A DNA stretch of 64,000 bases from Chloroflexota bacterium (lineage in GTDB: Bacteria > Chloroflexota > UBA11872): the NCBI GenBank assembly GCA_965263175.1, contig OZ253587.1, positions 607,341-671,340 of the forward strand. The letters run 5' to 3'. A program made the translations under genes and the position numbers. The notes below the pieces were generated by a model that saw only the letters and a list, made by a program, of their open reading frames with translations, was not told where the DNA came from and made no database searches. This document shows positions 36,158 through 45,831 of the stretch, piece after piece; within the stretch, counting starts at the first letter, position 1, and each line of letters opens with the position of its first letter.

Positions 36158-36976
36158 GCCGACAAGGCCGCGCCGGATGGCGATGCGCTCGCACCGAGCG
36201 TAGGCCCATGCTCCACCCGCCACACTCAGAAGGGCGATGGCACCGACGATCAGGAACTCGATCTCGATCGCCAGCAGCGACGGCGTACCAATCGTCGTCG
36301 AGCGCAGAAGGTCAATGACGTAGGTGAAGGGATTGACGTAGGTGATCCAACGCACGCTCCAGGGCAGGATGGCGATTGGGTAGGTGGAGCCCGCCATGAC
36401 CATGGCGAGCCCGACAAGTACTTCCGGGAGGCGTTCGGCGCGGGTCACCAAGCCCAGGCCTGCGAACGCGAGACCCATGCCCCAAAAGGCGACCAACGCG
36501 ATCAGCAAGGCCAGGACCGCCGGCACGGTGACGGTGAAGACCGCGCCTCCAATGAGGACGCTGGCAATCACGAGCACGAGCACACCTCGGAATGCCGCCA
36601 GGCCAACGTTGACCAGGGTTGCGCCGACCAGCCCGGCCCAGCGGGGCGCTTCGGCCGTCCAAACGTGCGGAAGCGTTCCCCTTTGGTTGGAGCGCACAAG
36701 GAACTCGCAGCCGTGCCACAGAGCGCTCGCCGCGACACCCAGCGCGACGTAGCCGATAACGGCGAAGGCCAGAAAGCTCTGGCCGCCGCCACTGGCCTTA
36801 AAGCCTTCGTCGCCGAAGGCCATACCCGTGAGTGCGAGGGGCAGAAAGAAAAGGAACGACCAACCAAGCTGATAGAACCAGATGGTCTTGAAGCGCGCTG
36901 TTTCCAGCCACTCGAGGCGGGCATAGACGAGGCTGACTCTCAAGACCGCGGCTACCTCGGAACCAAGGCTAGCCAT
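36146..36976 (-). CDS. ABC-2 type transporter permease
   Basis: 276 aa with six hydrophobic segments. The ATG directly abuts the stop of the preceding permease gene. Confidence 0.75.
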   Translation of the reverse strand: MASLGSEVAAVLRVSLVYARLEWLETARFKTIWFYQLGWSFLFFLPLALTGMAFGDEGFKASGGGQSFLAFAVIGYVALGVAASALWHGCEFLVRSNQRGTLPHVWTAEAPRWAGLVGATLVNVGLAAFRGVLVLVIASVLIGGAVFTVTVPAVLALLIALVAFWGMGLAFAGLGLVTRAERLPEVLVGLAMVMAGSTYPIAILPWSVRWITYVNPFTYVIDLLRSTTIGTPSLLAIEIEFLIVGAIALLSVAGGAWAYARCERIAIRRGLVGLHA

Positions 36977-37822
36977 CTACATCCACTCGAGTTCGCCCTT
37001 GGCCCGGGTTGCCGCGTCCATGACCTGCAACAGCACAAGCCCGACGGCGCCGTAGGCGAGCGCCATTCCAATCAAGACGACGCAAGCTCGCGTTACATCC
37101 TGCAGTTCGCCAAAGATGAGCGCGGCTCGCAAACCGCGAATCATCCAGGTGGCCGGAAAGAAACTGCCAAGCCACTGGCCCCAACCCGGCAGTACGTCTA
37201 CCGGGTAGGCGATACCGGCGAGGATGCCGGATCCCATCACAAAGAGTTGTACGAGGAGATAGCCCTCGCGGAACCTCAGCAGGGCCGACGCCCACGACAA
37301 GGCGATTCCAATGCTCGCCAGCACGCCGCAGACAAGCACGGCCGCGGCCGGACCGACGTTTGGCTCGAGGGGGAATCTGAGCAGCGCCCACGCGATGCTG
37401 AACGTGCCAACTGCCATAAGGGACGGCGCGAGCGTGCGTCCGATTGACCCGCCGCAGATCAGCACGAGGCGCGCAGTGGCGGTGGCCCAGATGGTGGGCA
37501 GCGTGCCCAAGCTCCGTTCCTGGCGCAGGTCGTTAGCGAGGACCGTCGTTACCCAGCCGGTCCAAAGAAATGTCGTTGCGCCGACGACCGAATATGCAAG
37601 GTACGCGTCTGTCCCGGCCAGGCGAGCGAAGCTCTCCAGGCCGGCGTTGTTTGGCCCGGCCAGCGCTATCGTGGCGAGCACGATCGGCAGCACCCAGTGC
37701 AGTGTTCCCAAGAGGCTGGCCGTCGCGAACCACGGCTGACGTCGGTCGATCCTCCAACCCTTACGAGTGAGCGCCAGCAAGGCCCAGAACTCGCCGCGTA
37801 CCTGCGAAACGCTAGCGTTCAA
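36977..37822 (-). CDS. ABC-2 type transporter permease
   Basis: Hydrophobic ABC-2-like protein. In-frame TTG at 37822 gives 281 aa with an 11-nt overlap on the ATPase gene. ATG 37945 would overlap it by 134 nt. Confidence 0.7.
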   Translation of the reverse strand: MNASVSQVRGEFWALLALTRKGWRIDRRQPWFATASLLGTLHWVLPIVLATIALAGPNNAGLESFARLAGTDAYLAYSVVGATTFLWTGWVTTVLANDLRQERSLGTLPTIWATATARLVLICGGSIGRTLAPSLMAVGTFSIAWALLRFPLEPNVGPAAAVLVCGVLASIGIALSWASALLRFREGYLLVQLFVMGSGILAGIAYPVDVLPGWGQWLGSFFPATWMIRGLRAALIFGELQDVTRACVVLIGMALAYGAVGLVLLQVMDAATRAKGELEWM

Positions 37823-38849
37823 TGAAGGGCCGCTCGATGCGTGATCCGGTGATGGCGATATAGGCGTCTTCCAGGTCGGGTTCGCGGAGCCGGGCTTCCT
37901 CGACCACGATGCCGTCGGCAACGAGCGCGGTGGTGATTGCATCACTGCTGCGCCAGCCCTCGGGGGCGCGAACGGCTACGGCGAACTGGCCGTCTCGGTT
38001 CACCTCGCCCCACCAGAGGCCGTCGGATCCGATCGTTGCTTTGGCGGTGGCCAGATCGCCGCGCAGCAGGAGATCAAGGCGCGGTACCTCGCCGGCCTGT
38101 CTGATGAGATCGGCCGGGCGGCCTTCGGCAACCAGCGTGCCGCTCTGAATGATCCCGACGCGGTCGCAGATCTGTTCAGCCTCGTAGAGGTTGTGGGTGG
38201 TGAGCAGGATGGCGGTACCCGATTCGGCGATCTGCCGGATAAGGTGGCGGGCCTCGCGGGCGGCGACGGGGTCGAGGGCGGCGGTTGGCTCGTCGAGCAG
38301 GAGCACGGGCGGCTCGTGCAGGGTCGCGCGGGCGAGGTTGAGGCGCTGTTTCATCCCAGTGCTGTAGGTCTCGACGAGGTCGTCCATTCGATCCTGCAGG
38401 CCGAATTGTTGGGCGGCCGCCTCAATGCGCTTGTTTATTTGCTGCTTGGGCATGAAGGACAACGTGCCGAAGAGTTCGAGGTTTTCGCGACCGGAAAGCC
38501 GCCAGTACATGCCGCGCTCGCCGGCGAACAGGACGCCGAGATTGCGGCGCACCTGGCGCGACGAACGGACAACGTCGAATCCGGCTACCGATGCGCTGCC
38601 GGAGGTGGGCTCCAGCAGGGTTGCCAGCATCTTGACGGTGGTGGTTTTTCCGGCGCCGTTCGGTCCCAGGAGACCGAAGCAGTGGCCCGGGGCTATCGAC
38701 AGATTCAGGTCGTCGACGGCGACGATTCGCCTGGGTTCAGCGGGCTCGGCTCGGAAGTGCGGCAGCAGACCGCGCAGGCCCCGGCGCACCTTCGGCTCAA
38801 ATACGCGTGTCAGCGACTCCACCAACACGGCGGGGGCATCCTGATTCAC
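37812..38849 (-). CDS. ABC transporter ATP-binding protein (DrrA/Wzt-like)
   Basis: Walker A GPNGAGKTT, signature YSTGMKQRL and Walker B LLLDEPT. Confidence 0.9.
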   Translation of the reverse strand: MNQDAPAVLVESLTRVFEPKVRRGLRGLLPHFRAEPAEPRRIVAVDDLNLSIAPGHCFGLLGPNGAGKTTTVKMLATLLEPTSGSASVAGFDVVRSSRQVRRNLGVLFAGERGMYWRLSGRENLELFGTLSFMPKQQINKRIEAAAQQFGLQDRMDDLVETYSTGMKQRLNLARATLHEPPVLLLDEPTAALDPVAAREARHLIRQIAESGTAILLTTHNLYEAEQICDRVGIIQSGTLVAEGRPADLIRQAGEVPRLDLLLRGDLATAKATIGSDGLWWGEVNRDGQFAVAVRAPEGWRSSDAITTALVADGIVVEEARLREPDLEDAYIAITGSRIERPFIER

Positions 38850-38892
38850 GTGCGGTGCGTCGCTTTCAGTCCAGGTCGAATGACCCGGCGGG

Positions 38893-40305
38893 CTAGCCGC
38901 CTCCGCCGCCGCCGGCGCGCACGCCCGGCTCGGTCATGGGCGCCGGGTCCAGGGCGGCGGCAAGTTCCTCCGCCGGGAGGTCGGTCAGGCGTGCCGCCAC
39001 GACCGGGATGGTCTCGCCCGTGGCGACGGCCTGCTTGGCGATTTCGGCGGCGGCCGCGTAGCCGATCTTGGGCGCCAGCGCGGTGGCCAGCATGGTGTTG
39101 CGCTCCAGCCAGTAGCGCAGCATCTCGTCGTCGGTCTCCAATCCGTCCACGCCCTTGCGCGCGAAAGCCAGCGAGCCGGTGCCCAGGATTTCGATTGACT
39201 GACACAGGTTGTGCGCAATCAGGGGCATCATCACGTTCAGTTCCAGCTGTCCCGCCGTGACCGCCGAGGCGATGGCCAGGTCGTTGCCCTGGACCTGGAA
39301 GCAGATCATGTTCAGGCACTCGGCCATGACCGGGTTGATCTTGCCCGGCATGATCGAGGAGCCGGGCTGCACCGGCGGCATGCGTAGTTCGGAGATTCCG
39401 GTGCGCGGCCCGGACCCCAGCAGGCGGAAGTCGTTGGCGATCCGGTTCAGGTCCAGCGCCAGCGTGCGTAACGCGCCGGAGAGTTGGGCGAAACGTCCCA
39501 TGCTCTGCATGGCGTAGAAGTAGTCCGTGGACTGCCGAACCTCGAACCCTGTCAGGTCGGCGATGACGTCGATCACCTGTGACTGATAGGCAGGCTCGGC
39601 GTTCAGCCCGCTGCCGACGGCGGTGCCGCCCAGGCTCAGTTCGAGGCTGGCGTCGGCGGCTTCGCGAATTGCGGCAGCGTTGCGCCGAACGGCTTCGGCG
39701 TAGGCCCCGAACTCCTGGCCCAGGCGAACCGGCGTGGCGTCTTGCAGGTGCGTGCGACCCGACTTGACGATGCCGTCCCACGCGGTGGCCTTGGCTTGCA
39801 GGCTCTCGGCCAGGATGTCGAGCGAGGCGTAGAGATCGGGCAGCAACTTCAGCGCGGCCAGGGCGATCGCGGTGGGGATCACGTCGTTGGTGGACTGCGC
39901 CATGTTGACGTGGTCGTTGGGGTGGATCGGGTGGTAGTTGCCGCGCGGCTGGCCCAGCAATTCGTTGGCGCGATTGGCCAGCAACTCGTTGGCGTTCATG
40001 TTGTGCGACGTGCCGGCGCCGGCCTGGAACACGTCGACCACAAACTGGTCGGCGTGTTGCCCGTCCAGCACCTCGTCGGCCGCGCGGACGATGGCGTCCG
40101 CCAGGTCGCCGTCGAGACGGCCGGTCCTCTTGTGGGCCACAGCAGCGGCTTTCTTGATCAGGACGGTGGCCCAGACAAACGCGTGGTGCGGTTGCAGCCC
40201 ACTGATTGGGAAGTTCTCGACGGCGCGCTGCGTTTGCACGCCGTAGAGCGCGGATTCCGGTACTTCCAGTTCGCCCAGCGGGTCGTGTTCGATTCGCGTC
40301 TGCAT
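38893..40305 (-). CDS. aspA: aspartate ammonia-lyase (class II fumarase/aspartase superfamily)
   Basis: Signature GSSIMPGKINPVMAE followed by ICFQVQGND and AGQLELNVMMP. The PV(M/V) and QLELNV variants match aspartases rather than FumC (PTQCE, FELNVF). Confidence 0.7.
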   Translation of the reverse strand: MQTRIEHDPLGELEVPESALYGVQTQRAVENFPISGLQPHHAFVWATVLIKKAAAVAHKRTGRLDGDLADAIVRAADEVLDGQHADQFVVDVFQAGAGTSHNMNANELLANRANELLGQPRGNYHPIHPNDHVNMAQSTNDVIPTAIALAALKLLPDLYASLDILAESLQAKATAWDGIVKSGRTHLQDATPVRLGQEFGAYAEAVRRNAAAIREAADASLELSLGGTAVGSGLNAEPAYQSQVIDVIADLTGFEVRQSTDYFYAMQSMGRFAQLSGALRTLALDLNRIANDFRLLGSGPRTGISELRMPPVQPGSSIMPGKINPVMAECLNMICFQVQGNDLAIASAVTAGQLELNVMMPLIAHNLCQSIEILGTGSLAFARKGVDGLETDDEMLRYWLERNTMLATALAPKIGYAAAAEIAKQAVATGETIPVVAARLTDLPAEELAAALDPAPMTEPGVRAGGGGGG

Positions 40306-40338
40306 CGGGTCGTGCTCCTTCGTGGCCGCGTGTCGTGG

Positions 40339-41490
40339 TTAGTCGGCGGTTGAGTCCAGGCCCCGGATCAGGTTCAGGTCAACTTCCTTGCCCTGGGTGA
40401 GCACCTGGAAGCGCCCTAGATCGGTCGGTGAAACCAGTTGAAATACAGCTTCGCGCTCGCTCCGATAGGTTGCCAACGCCGCGTCCGCGCGCACCTGGAA
40501 GCGTACGAGGTGGTCGCCAATGCCCAGCGCCGCCAGGAAGTCGGCCTGGAGGCCCTGTCGATGTTGGGCAAAGCCACGGGACCGGCCCGCGTTGACCAGC
40601 TGCGTGAAGTTTACGTGGGCGGTCAGGTCGGCATGGCCGGGGTTGGCGAGCACGTTCTCCGAAGCTCGATGCCGACGATAGGCCAGCAGGGTGCCAGCGG
40701 CCAGACGGTCCGAGTGCACGTCCGAACTGCTTCCCCCGTAGTCGATGCCCGTCATGACGACCCGCGAAGCGAGCCGGGCGGCGTGCCGGTAGACCGACTT
40801 CACGCCCTGCCGGACTTCAATGCGCCCTCCCACTGGCGTGGCGCGTGCGTAGCGGTTGGCATAGGCGCCCAGCGCGGCGGGCGCCGGCTGGTCGGTGAAC
40901 ACTGCCGTGGCGCCCTCGAAGGCCACGCACTCCTCGACCCAGCCATCCTCTGTCCGGCGCGCCAGTCGCACCGGTAGGGCGTCGAAGAATTCGTTCGAGA
41001 TGATGGCCGTGGCGTTGGCGGCGGGAACTTCCGCAATCGAGGTGTAGAGGACATCCAGCGCATCCGCGGTCTGCGGACCCGGGGCGCGTTCGACGCCTAG
41101 GTATTGCAGCGCGCTTCCCCAAGGGAACTCGTCGGCCCCGGCTCGAATCTGGCGCGCCAGCCGGCCATCGGCCGCGCCAAGCTCGACGACGCGGAACGGA
41201 TCGGGACGCCCCAGGGTCTGCCAGGCGTCGTCCAGATGAGCCGCCAACATCTGGCCGAATAGCGACGGATGCGCGCTGACGCTGGTGAAGTAGTCCGCAT
41301 ACGGCGTGCTCCGGCGGGTGTAGAAGCCGCCACACGGGTCGTAAAGCGCGTGCTCCATGAACACGCTGAACGGCAGCGGACCGTGAGCGATGGCCTGGAC
41401 CCGGAGGCGTTCGGTTAGTGCGTGACCGGTCGACACTACGCGTCGATCAGCAGCAACTGATGTTGAAGCCGAGGTCGACGCCGCAGGCAT
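40339..41490 (-). CDS. SAM-dependent methyltransferase, DUF185/NDUFAF7 (MidA)-like
   Basis: PLPFSVFMEHALYDPCGGFY near the N-terminus and a length of about 380 aa fit the family. The exact start is uncertain. Confidence 0.65.
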   Translation of the reverse strand: MPAASTSASTSVAADRRVVSTGHALTERLRVQAIAHGPLPFSVFMEHALYDPCGGFYTRRSTPYADYFTSVSAHPSLFGQMLAAHLDDAWQTLGRPDPFRVVELGAADGRLARQIRAGADEFPWGSALQYLGVERAPGPQTADALDVLYTSIAEVPAANATAIISNEFFDALPVRLARRTEDGWVEECVAFEGATAVFTDQPAPAALGAYANRYARATPVGGRIEVRQGVKSVYRHAARLASRVVMTGIDYGGSSSDVHSDRLAAGTLLAYRRHRASENVLANPGHADLTAHVNFTQLVNAGRSRGFAQHRQGLQADFLAALGIGDHLVRFQVRADAALATYRSEREAVFQLVSPTDLGRFQVLTQGKEVDLNLIRGLDSTAD

Positions 41491-41622
41491 GCCGGCCGCT
41501 TGTGATCGCTGACATTCGATGTCCCCGCAGGAGCGATCGGCGGAGATTGGCGTGGACTCGCGGCTGACTCCGAGGCGCCAAGCCGGGTTAGGCCGGGGCG
41601 GTTGCGCCGGGCCGGCCGGCGA

Positions 41623-41967
41623 TTATTGCAGCGCTGACATCGCGTAGACGAAGGCGACGAGAAGGAAGATGACGATCCCCCAGGCGATGATGGGGATGCC
41701 AAGAATTCTCCCGGTGGCCCCTGCCGAGGGCTGGGCGGGTCGTTGGCGCCCGCGTTCTCGCTCGGTTCGGTCACGTAGTTTGCGCAGGTTCTCGCTGATT
41801 TGCGGCGCGAAGCGGCTTGGTTCCTCGCGATCGGCCGTAGGCCCGGCGGGCTTGCTCGAGGAGTCCGCAGACTGTTCCGGGTCCTCCGGGCGAGGTAGCT
41901 TGGCCCCGCAGTTGATGCAGAGCCAGGCACCTTCAGTGTTCTGGTGATCGCACTCTTGACAGCGCAT
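41623..41967 (-). CDS. zinc-ribbon membrane protein
   Basis: MRCQECDHQNTEGAWLCINCGAKL (CxxC...CxxC), then a charged linker and a C-terminal TM helix ILGIPIIAWGIVIFLLVAFVYAM. Confidence 0.65.
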   Translation of the reverse strand: MRCQECDHQNTEGAWLCINCGAKLPRPEDPEQSADSSSKPAGPTADREEPSRFAPQISENLRKLRDRTERERGRQRPAQPSAGATGRILGIPIIAWGIVIFLLVAFVYAMSALQ

Positions 41968-42171
41968 CGCGCTCCGGTCTGACCAGTCGGTTACAGGTGT
42001 TGAATCATGCTAGCACCAGCCCGGCCCAGTCCTGACGCCACGTAACGCTTGATTCGCAGGGCGCCGGTCCCTTGCGGCGCGTCACCGCGACGCCTTCGCC
42101 TCCGTATACTCGAACCTGGCGCTTGTTGATTCGGAATGCGCCGATCCGTAGCTTTCGGGGGATGTCGTTTC

Positions 42172-42525
42172 GTGCCGACCTACGAGTATGAGTGTTCGGA
42201 TTGCAGCCATCGATTTGAGGCTTTTCAGAGCTTTCAAGACGCGCCGTTGACGAGTTGCGAGAAGTGCGGTGGAACGCTGAAGAAGGTGTTTCATCCTGCC
42301 GGCATTATTTTCAAGGGCAGCGGCTGGTACGCGACCGATAGCCGGCCCGAGTCCGAGAGGAAGAAGTTCAAGGACGACGGCAAGCCACCGGCGGCGTCGG
42401 ATTCCAAGCCCGTAAAGTCCGACGGGGCCAAGAGCAACGGCAGCGGGTCCGGGGACTCGAGCAAGGCCGGCGCCTCCGCGGGAGGGTCTGATAAAGCCTC
42501 ACCCTCCGGCGGCGGTTCCAGCTAG
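42172..42525 (+). CDS. FmdB-family zinc-ribbon putative regulatory protein
   Basis: (V)PTYEYECSDCSHRFEAFQSFQDAPLTSCEKCGG is the canonical FmdB/CxxC_CxxC_SSSS start. Gly/Ser-rich tail. Confidence 0.8.
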   Translation: MPTYEYECSDCSHRFEAFQSFQDAPLTSCEKCGGTLKKVFHPAGIIFKGSGWYATDSRPESERKKFKDDGKPPAASDSKPVKSDGAKSNGSGSGDSSKAGASAGGSDKASPSGGGSS

Positions 42526-42558
42526 CCGGTCCGCCGGTCGAAATTCCGGACTCTGGAG

Positions 42559-43026
42559 ATGCGTGCGGTCATCCAGTGTGTCACGAAAGCCAGCGTTTGC
42601 ATCGGTGGTCGCGAACACGCCGTGATCGGGCCCGGGTTCGTCGTGCTGGCGGGCGTCGCGCGGGGCGACGACGAGGCCGACGTGGCCTACCTGGCCGACA
42701 AAGTGGCGAATCTGCGGGTGCTGGCTGACGACGCGGGCCGCATGAACCGGTCGGTGCTGGACACAGGTGGGGACGTATTGCTGGTGTCGCAGTTCACGTT
42801 GATCGCGGACACGCGCAAGGGCCGGCGCCCAAGTTTCATCGGCGCCGAAGCGTCTGAACGGGCCGCCAGCCTGATCGACGACCTTGAGCAGGCCCTCACC
42901 GCGCGCGGCGTCTCCGTGCAAACGGGGCGGTTCCAGGCCGAGATGGAGGTGGAGCTGGTGAACAGCGGACCGGTGACGATCATCATCGACAGCCGCGACC
43001 GCCGTACGCCGCGGCGGCAGGCGTAG
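42559..43026 (+). CDS. dtd: D-aminoacyl-tRNA deacylase
   Basis: MRAVIQCVTKASV..., SQFTL and NSGPVT motifs. Confidence 0.9.
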   Translation: MRAVIQCVTKASVCIGGREHAVIGPGFVVLAGVARGDDEADVAYLADKVANLRVLADDAGRMNRSVLDTGGDVLLVSQFTLIADTRKGRRPSFIGAEASERAASLIDDLEQALTARGVSVQTGRFQAEMEVELVNSGPVTIIIDSRDRRTPRRQA

Positions 43027-43034
43027 GCGCTGGC

Positions 43035-44384
43035 ATGTCCGATTCGGCGGGCCGGTCCAGCGGGTGCTCGGTGCGGATTGTGCACGGGGCCGACGAGGTG
43101 CGGCGCAGGTTGTTGGCCCGGTCGCCGGACCTGGTCACGATCGACGAGTCGGCGGTGCGGGCGGCCTCGCGAGTCTTTGGCGAAACGCTAACGCCGGGCG
43201 CCTTCGTCGAACGTGTGATCCGGGAGGTTCGGGTCGAGGGCGACGTGGCGGTGCGCCGCATTGCCAGGGCGTTGGGCGACCATGTGAGACCGACGTTTGC
43301 AATTGCACCGTCGGAGTTGGCCGAGGCCCGGAGCCAGGTCGATCCGGCGCTGCGAGCCGACATCGAACTTGCGGCGGAGCGAATTCGCGAATTCCACGAG
43401 CGTGAAATGCCTGCCGGATTCGACATGCCGGACCTCGGGGTCGGTCAGCAGTGGGTTCCGGTGGACCGAGCCGGACTGCACGTGCCGGGGCAGGCGGCGC
43501 CGCTGGTTTCCAGCCTGCTGATGGCCGCGGTGCCGGCCCGCGTGGCCGGCGTGGGCGAAATCGTGGTGACAACGCCGGTCCGTTCGGATGGGATTGCGCC
43601 GGCGCTGGCGGCGGCGGCGGAGGCGGCCGGCGTTGATCGTGTTCTGGGTCTGGGCGGCGCCCAGGCAATTGCGGCGCTGGCGCTGGGCACACAAAGCGTG
43701 CCGCGCTGCGACGTGGTGGTCGCTCCCGGCAATGCGTGGGTCGTCTTGGCCACACGGGCGCTCTACGGCGTAGTGGGTGTCGATCTGCTGCCCGGTCCGA
43801 CCGAGACGCTGGTGATTGCCGACGCCGCGGCGGACGCCGCCGAGGTGGCCGCCGACCTGATTGCGCAGGCGGAGCACGGCGGTCCCGCCAGTCCGATTGC
43901 GCTCACGACCGACCCAGGGCTGGCGGCTGAGGTGGCGCGCGAAGTGGAGGCGCAGCTGGCAACGTTGCCGCGCACGGCGGTGGCGTGGGACAGCTTCGTG
44001 CGTCGCGGCGGCGTGGGCGTGGTGGACGATCTGGCGCAGGCGGTCGAATTGTCCAACACCTACGCGCCGGAGCATTTGTGCCTGCTGGTGGAAGATCCGG
44101 AAGCGCTGCTGCCGCTGGTGCGCCACGCCGGCGGCGTTTTTCTGGGCAGCGCTTCGCCGGAGGTGCTGGGCGACTACGTGGCGGGGCCCAGCCACATCAT
44201 GCCCACGGGGGGCACGGCCCGGTTTGCCTCGCCGGTTGGTGTGCGCTCGTTCCTGAAGTCGGTCTCGGTGGTGCGCCTGTCGGCCGACCGGGCGGCGGCG
44301 CTGGCGCCGGTGGCGGCACGTCTGGCGCGGGCCGAGGGCCTGGAAGGCCACGCGCGGGCCGCCGAACGCCGCGCGGGCGCCTGA
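43035..44384 (+). CDS. hisD: histidinol dehydrogenase
   Basis: LIAQAEHGG, YAPEHLCLLV and the GDYVAGPSHIMPTGGTARF motif. 449 aa. Confidence 0.9.
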   Translation: MSDSAGRSSGCSVRIVHGADEVRRRLLARSPDLVTIDESAVRAASRVFGETLTPGAFVERVIREVRVEGDVAVRRIARALGDHVRPTFAIAPSELAEARSQVDPALRADIELAAERIREFHEREMPAGFDMPDLGVGQQWVPVDRAGLHVPGQAAPLVSSLLMAAVPARVAGVGEIVVTTPVRSDGIAPALAAAAEAAGVDRVLGLGGAQAIAALALGTQSVPRCDVVVAPGNAWVVLATRALYGVVGVDLLPGPTETLVIADAAADAAEVAADLIAQAEHGGPASPIALTTDPGLAAEVAREVEAQLATLPRTAVAWDSFVRRGGVGVVDDLAQAVELSNTYAPEHLCLLVEDPEALLPLVRHAGGVFLGSASPEVLGDYVAGPSHIMPTGGTARFASPVGVRSFLKSVSVVRLSADRAAALAPVAARLARAEGLEGHARAAERRAGA

Positions 44385-44420
44385 CTACAATGCCGGGACA
44401 CCCGTGCAATCGAGACTTTC

Positions 44421-45020
44421 ATGGCTGAACGACGCGCCAGCGTCACGCGCACCACGTCCGAAACCGAGGTTGACGCGACAGTCGCCATCGACGGCGCGGG
44501 CGCCTTTGGCGGCACGACCGGCATTGGGTTCCTGGATCACATGCTGGCGCAGGTCGCCAGACACGGGCTGTTCGACATCGACGTTCGTGCCAAAGGCGAC
44601 CTGCACATCGACGCGCACCATACCGCCGAGGATGTTTCGATCGTGCTGGGCCGGGCGTTCAACGACGCCTTGGGCGATCGGCAAGGCATTCAGCGCATGG
44701 GCGACGCCACGGTGCCGATGGACGAGGCGCTGGCGCACGTGGCGGTGGATCTGGCCGGGCGCGACTTCTCCGCCTTTCACGGAGACTTCAGACAGGACCG
44801 AATCGGCGGCCTGGAGACCAGCCTGCTGCCGCACATCATCGGGTCGCTGGCACGGCACATGGGCGCGGCCATTCACGTCCGTGTGCTGGCGGGCGAGGAC
44901 GACCACCACAAGGCCGAGGCCGTGTTCAAGGCCTTGGCGCGTGCCCTGGACCAGGCGACGGCGCTCGATCCGCGCCGCGCCGGGGCGGTGCCCAGCACAA
45001 AGGGCACGCTCACCGACTGA
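44421..45020 (+). CDS. hisB: imidazoleglycerol-phosphate dehydratase
   Basis: RTTSETEV..., GIGFLDHML and IDAHHTAEDVSIVLG motifs. Confidence 0.92.
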   Translation: MAERRASVTRTTSETEVDATVAIDGAGAFGGTTGIGFLDHMLAQVARHGLFDIDVRAKGDLHIDAHHTAEDVSIVLGRAFNDALGDRQGIQRMGDATVPMDEALAHVAVDLAGRDFSAFHGDFRQDRIGGLETSLLPHIIGSLARHMGAAIHVRVLAGEDDHHKAEAVFKALARALDQATALDPRRAGAVPSTKGTLTD

Positions 45021-45021
45021 C

Positions 45022-45831
45022 GTGGGCGCACAGCCCGCCGGTCGCCGGTTGCGGCTCGACCACCTGCTGGTAGCCCGCGGCCTGACGCGCAGCCGCAGCG
45101 CGGCTCGTCAACTCGTCAGGGACGGCGCGGTCTATGTCGCTGGGCGAGTCGAGACGCGTCCGGGGCGGCGTGTCGGTGACGAGGCGCAGGTCGAGCTTCA
45201 CGGCCGCTCGATCCAGTACGTCAGCCGCGGTGGGTGGAAGCTGGCCGCGGCGCTGGAGCACTTTGGGCTTGCCGTTGCAGAGGCGGCAGTTCTGGACGTG
45301 GGCGCCTCGACGGGCGGGTTCACGGACTGCCTGCTGCGCGGCGGCGCGGCGCGGGTCACGGCGGTGGACGTGGGTCGTGGACAGCTTGCCCCGAGTCTCA
45401 GGGCCGATTCACGGGTCTGTGTGCTGGAGTCCACCGACGCGCGCGACTTGCCGGCGCTTGATCCACAGCCAGACATTGTGGTTGTCGATGTCGCGTTCAT
45501 CCGCCTGCGGGACGTTCTGCCTGCCGTGCTGGGCGCGACGCCGCGCGCTCGCTGGGCATTGGTCTTGCTGAAGCCGCAGTTCGAGCTACCGGGTCGGCGC
45601 GTGCCGCGGGACGGAGTTGTCAAGGACCCGGCCGAGCGAAATTCGGCGCTCTTGCACTTCCTGGCCTGGGCCAGGCGCCACGGGCTGTGCGTGACCGCAT
45701 CCGCGGCGAGCGAGCTACCGGGCGGGGACGGCAACCGCGAGACATTCGTGCTGCTGCGGCCGCCCTGGCCGGATCGGCGGCTCCCGGGCAGCGACTATGA
45801 TGAGCGCGACGGCAATGTAGCGAGTGGCTGA
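45022..45831 (+). CDS. tlyA: TlyA-family rRNA (cytidine-2'-O)-methyltransferase
   Basis: S4-like N-terminus RLDHLLVARGLTRSRSAARQLVRDGAV, YVSRGGWKL and SAM motif LDVGASTGGFTDCLL. GTG at 45022 lies just after the hisB stop. Confidence 0.85.
   Translation: MGAQPAGRRLRLDHLLVARGLTRSRSAARQLVRDGAVYVAGRVETRPGRRVGDEAQVELHGRSIQYVSRGGWKLAAALEHFGLAVAEAAVLDVGASTGGFTDCLLRGGAARVTAVDVGRGQLAPSLRADSRVCVLESTDARDLPALDPQPDIVVVDVAFIRLRDVLPAVLGATPRARWALVLLKPQFELPGRRVPRDGVVKDPAERNSALLHFLAWARRHGLCVTASAASELPGGDGNRETFVLLRPPWPDRRLPGSDYDERDGNVASG

Noticed and set aside
38893-40305. Class II fumarate hydratase (fumC) call
   Set aside because: The signature-region variants (GSSIMPGKINPVMAE, QLELNVM) fit aspartate ammonia-lyases better than FumC. 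Retained as aspA with moderate confidence. An HMM or phylogenetic placement would settle it.
43188-44351. 387-aa minus-strand ORF
   Set aside because: It is antisense to hisD, which has unambiguous motifs. Arg/His/Gln-rich nonsense composition.
44404-45021. N-terminal 206 codons of the 475-aa ORF 44404-45831
   Set aside because: This part overlaps hisB in another frame and is Pro/Arg/Trp-rich. TlyA homology begins at GTG 45022, right after the hisB stop.
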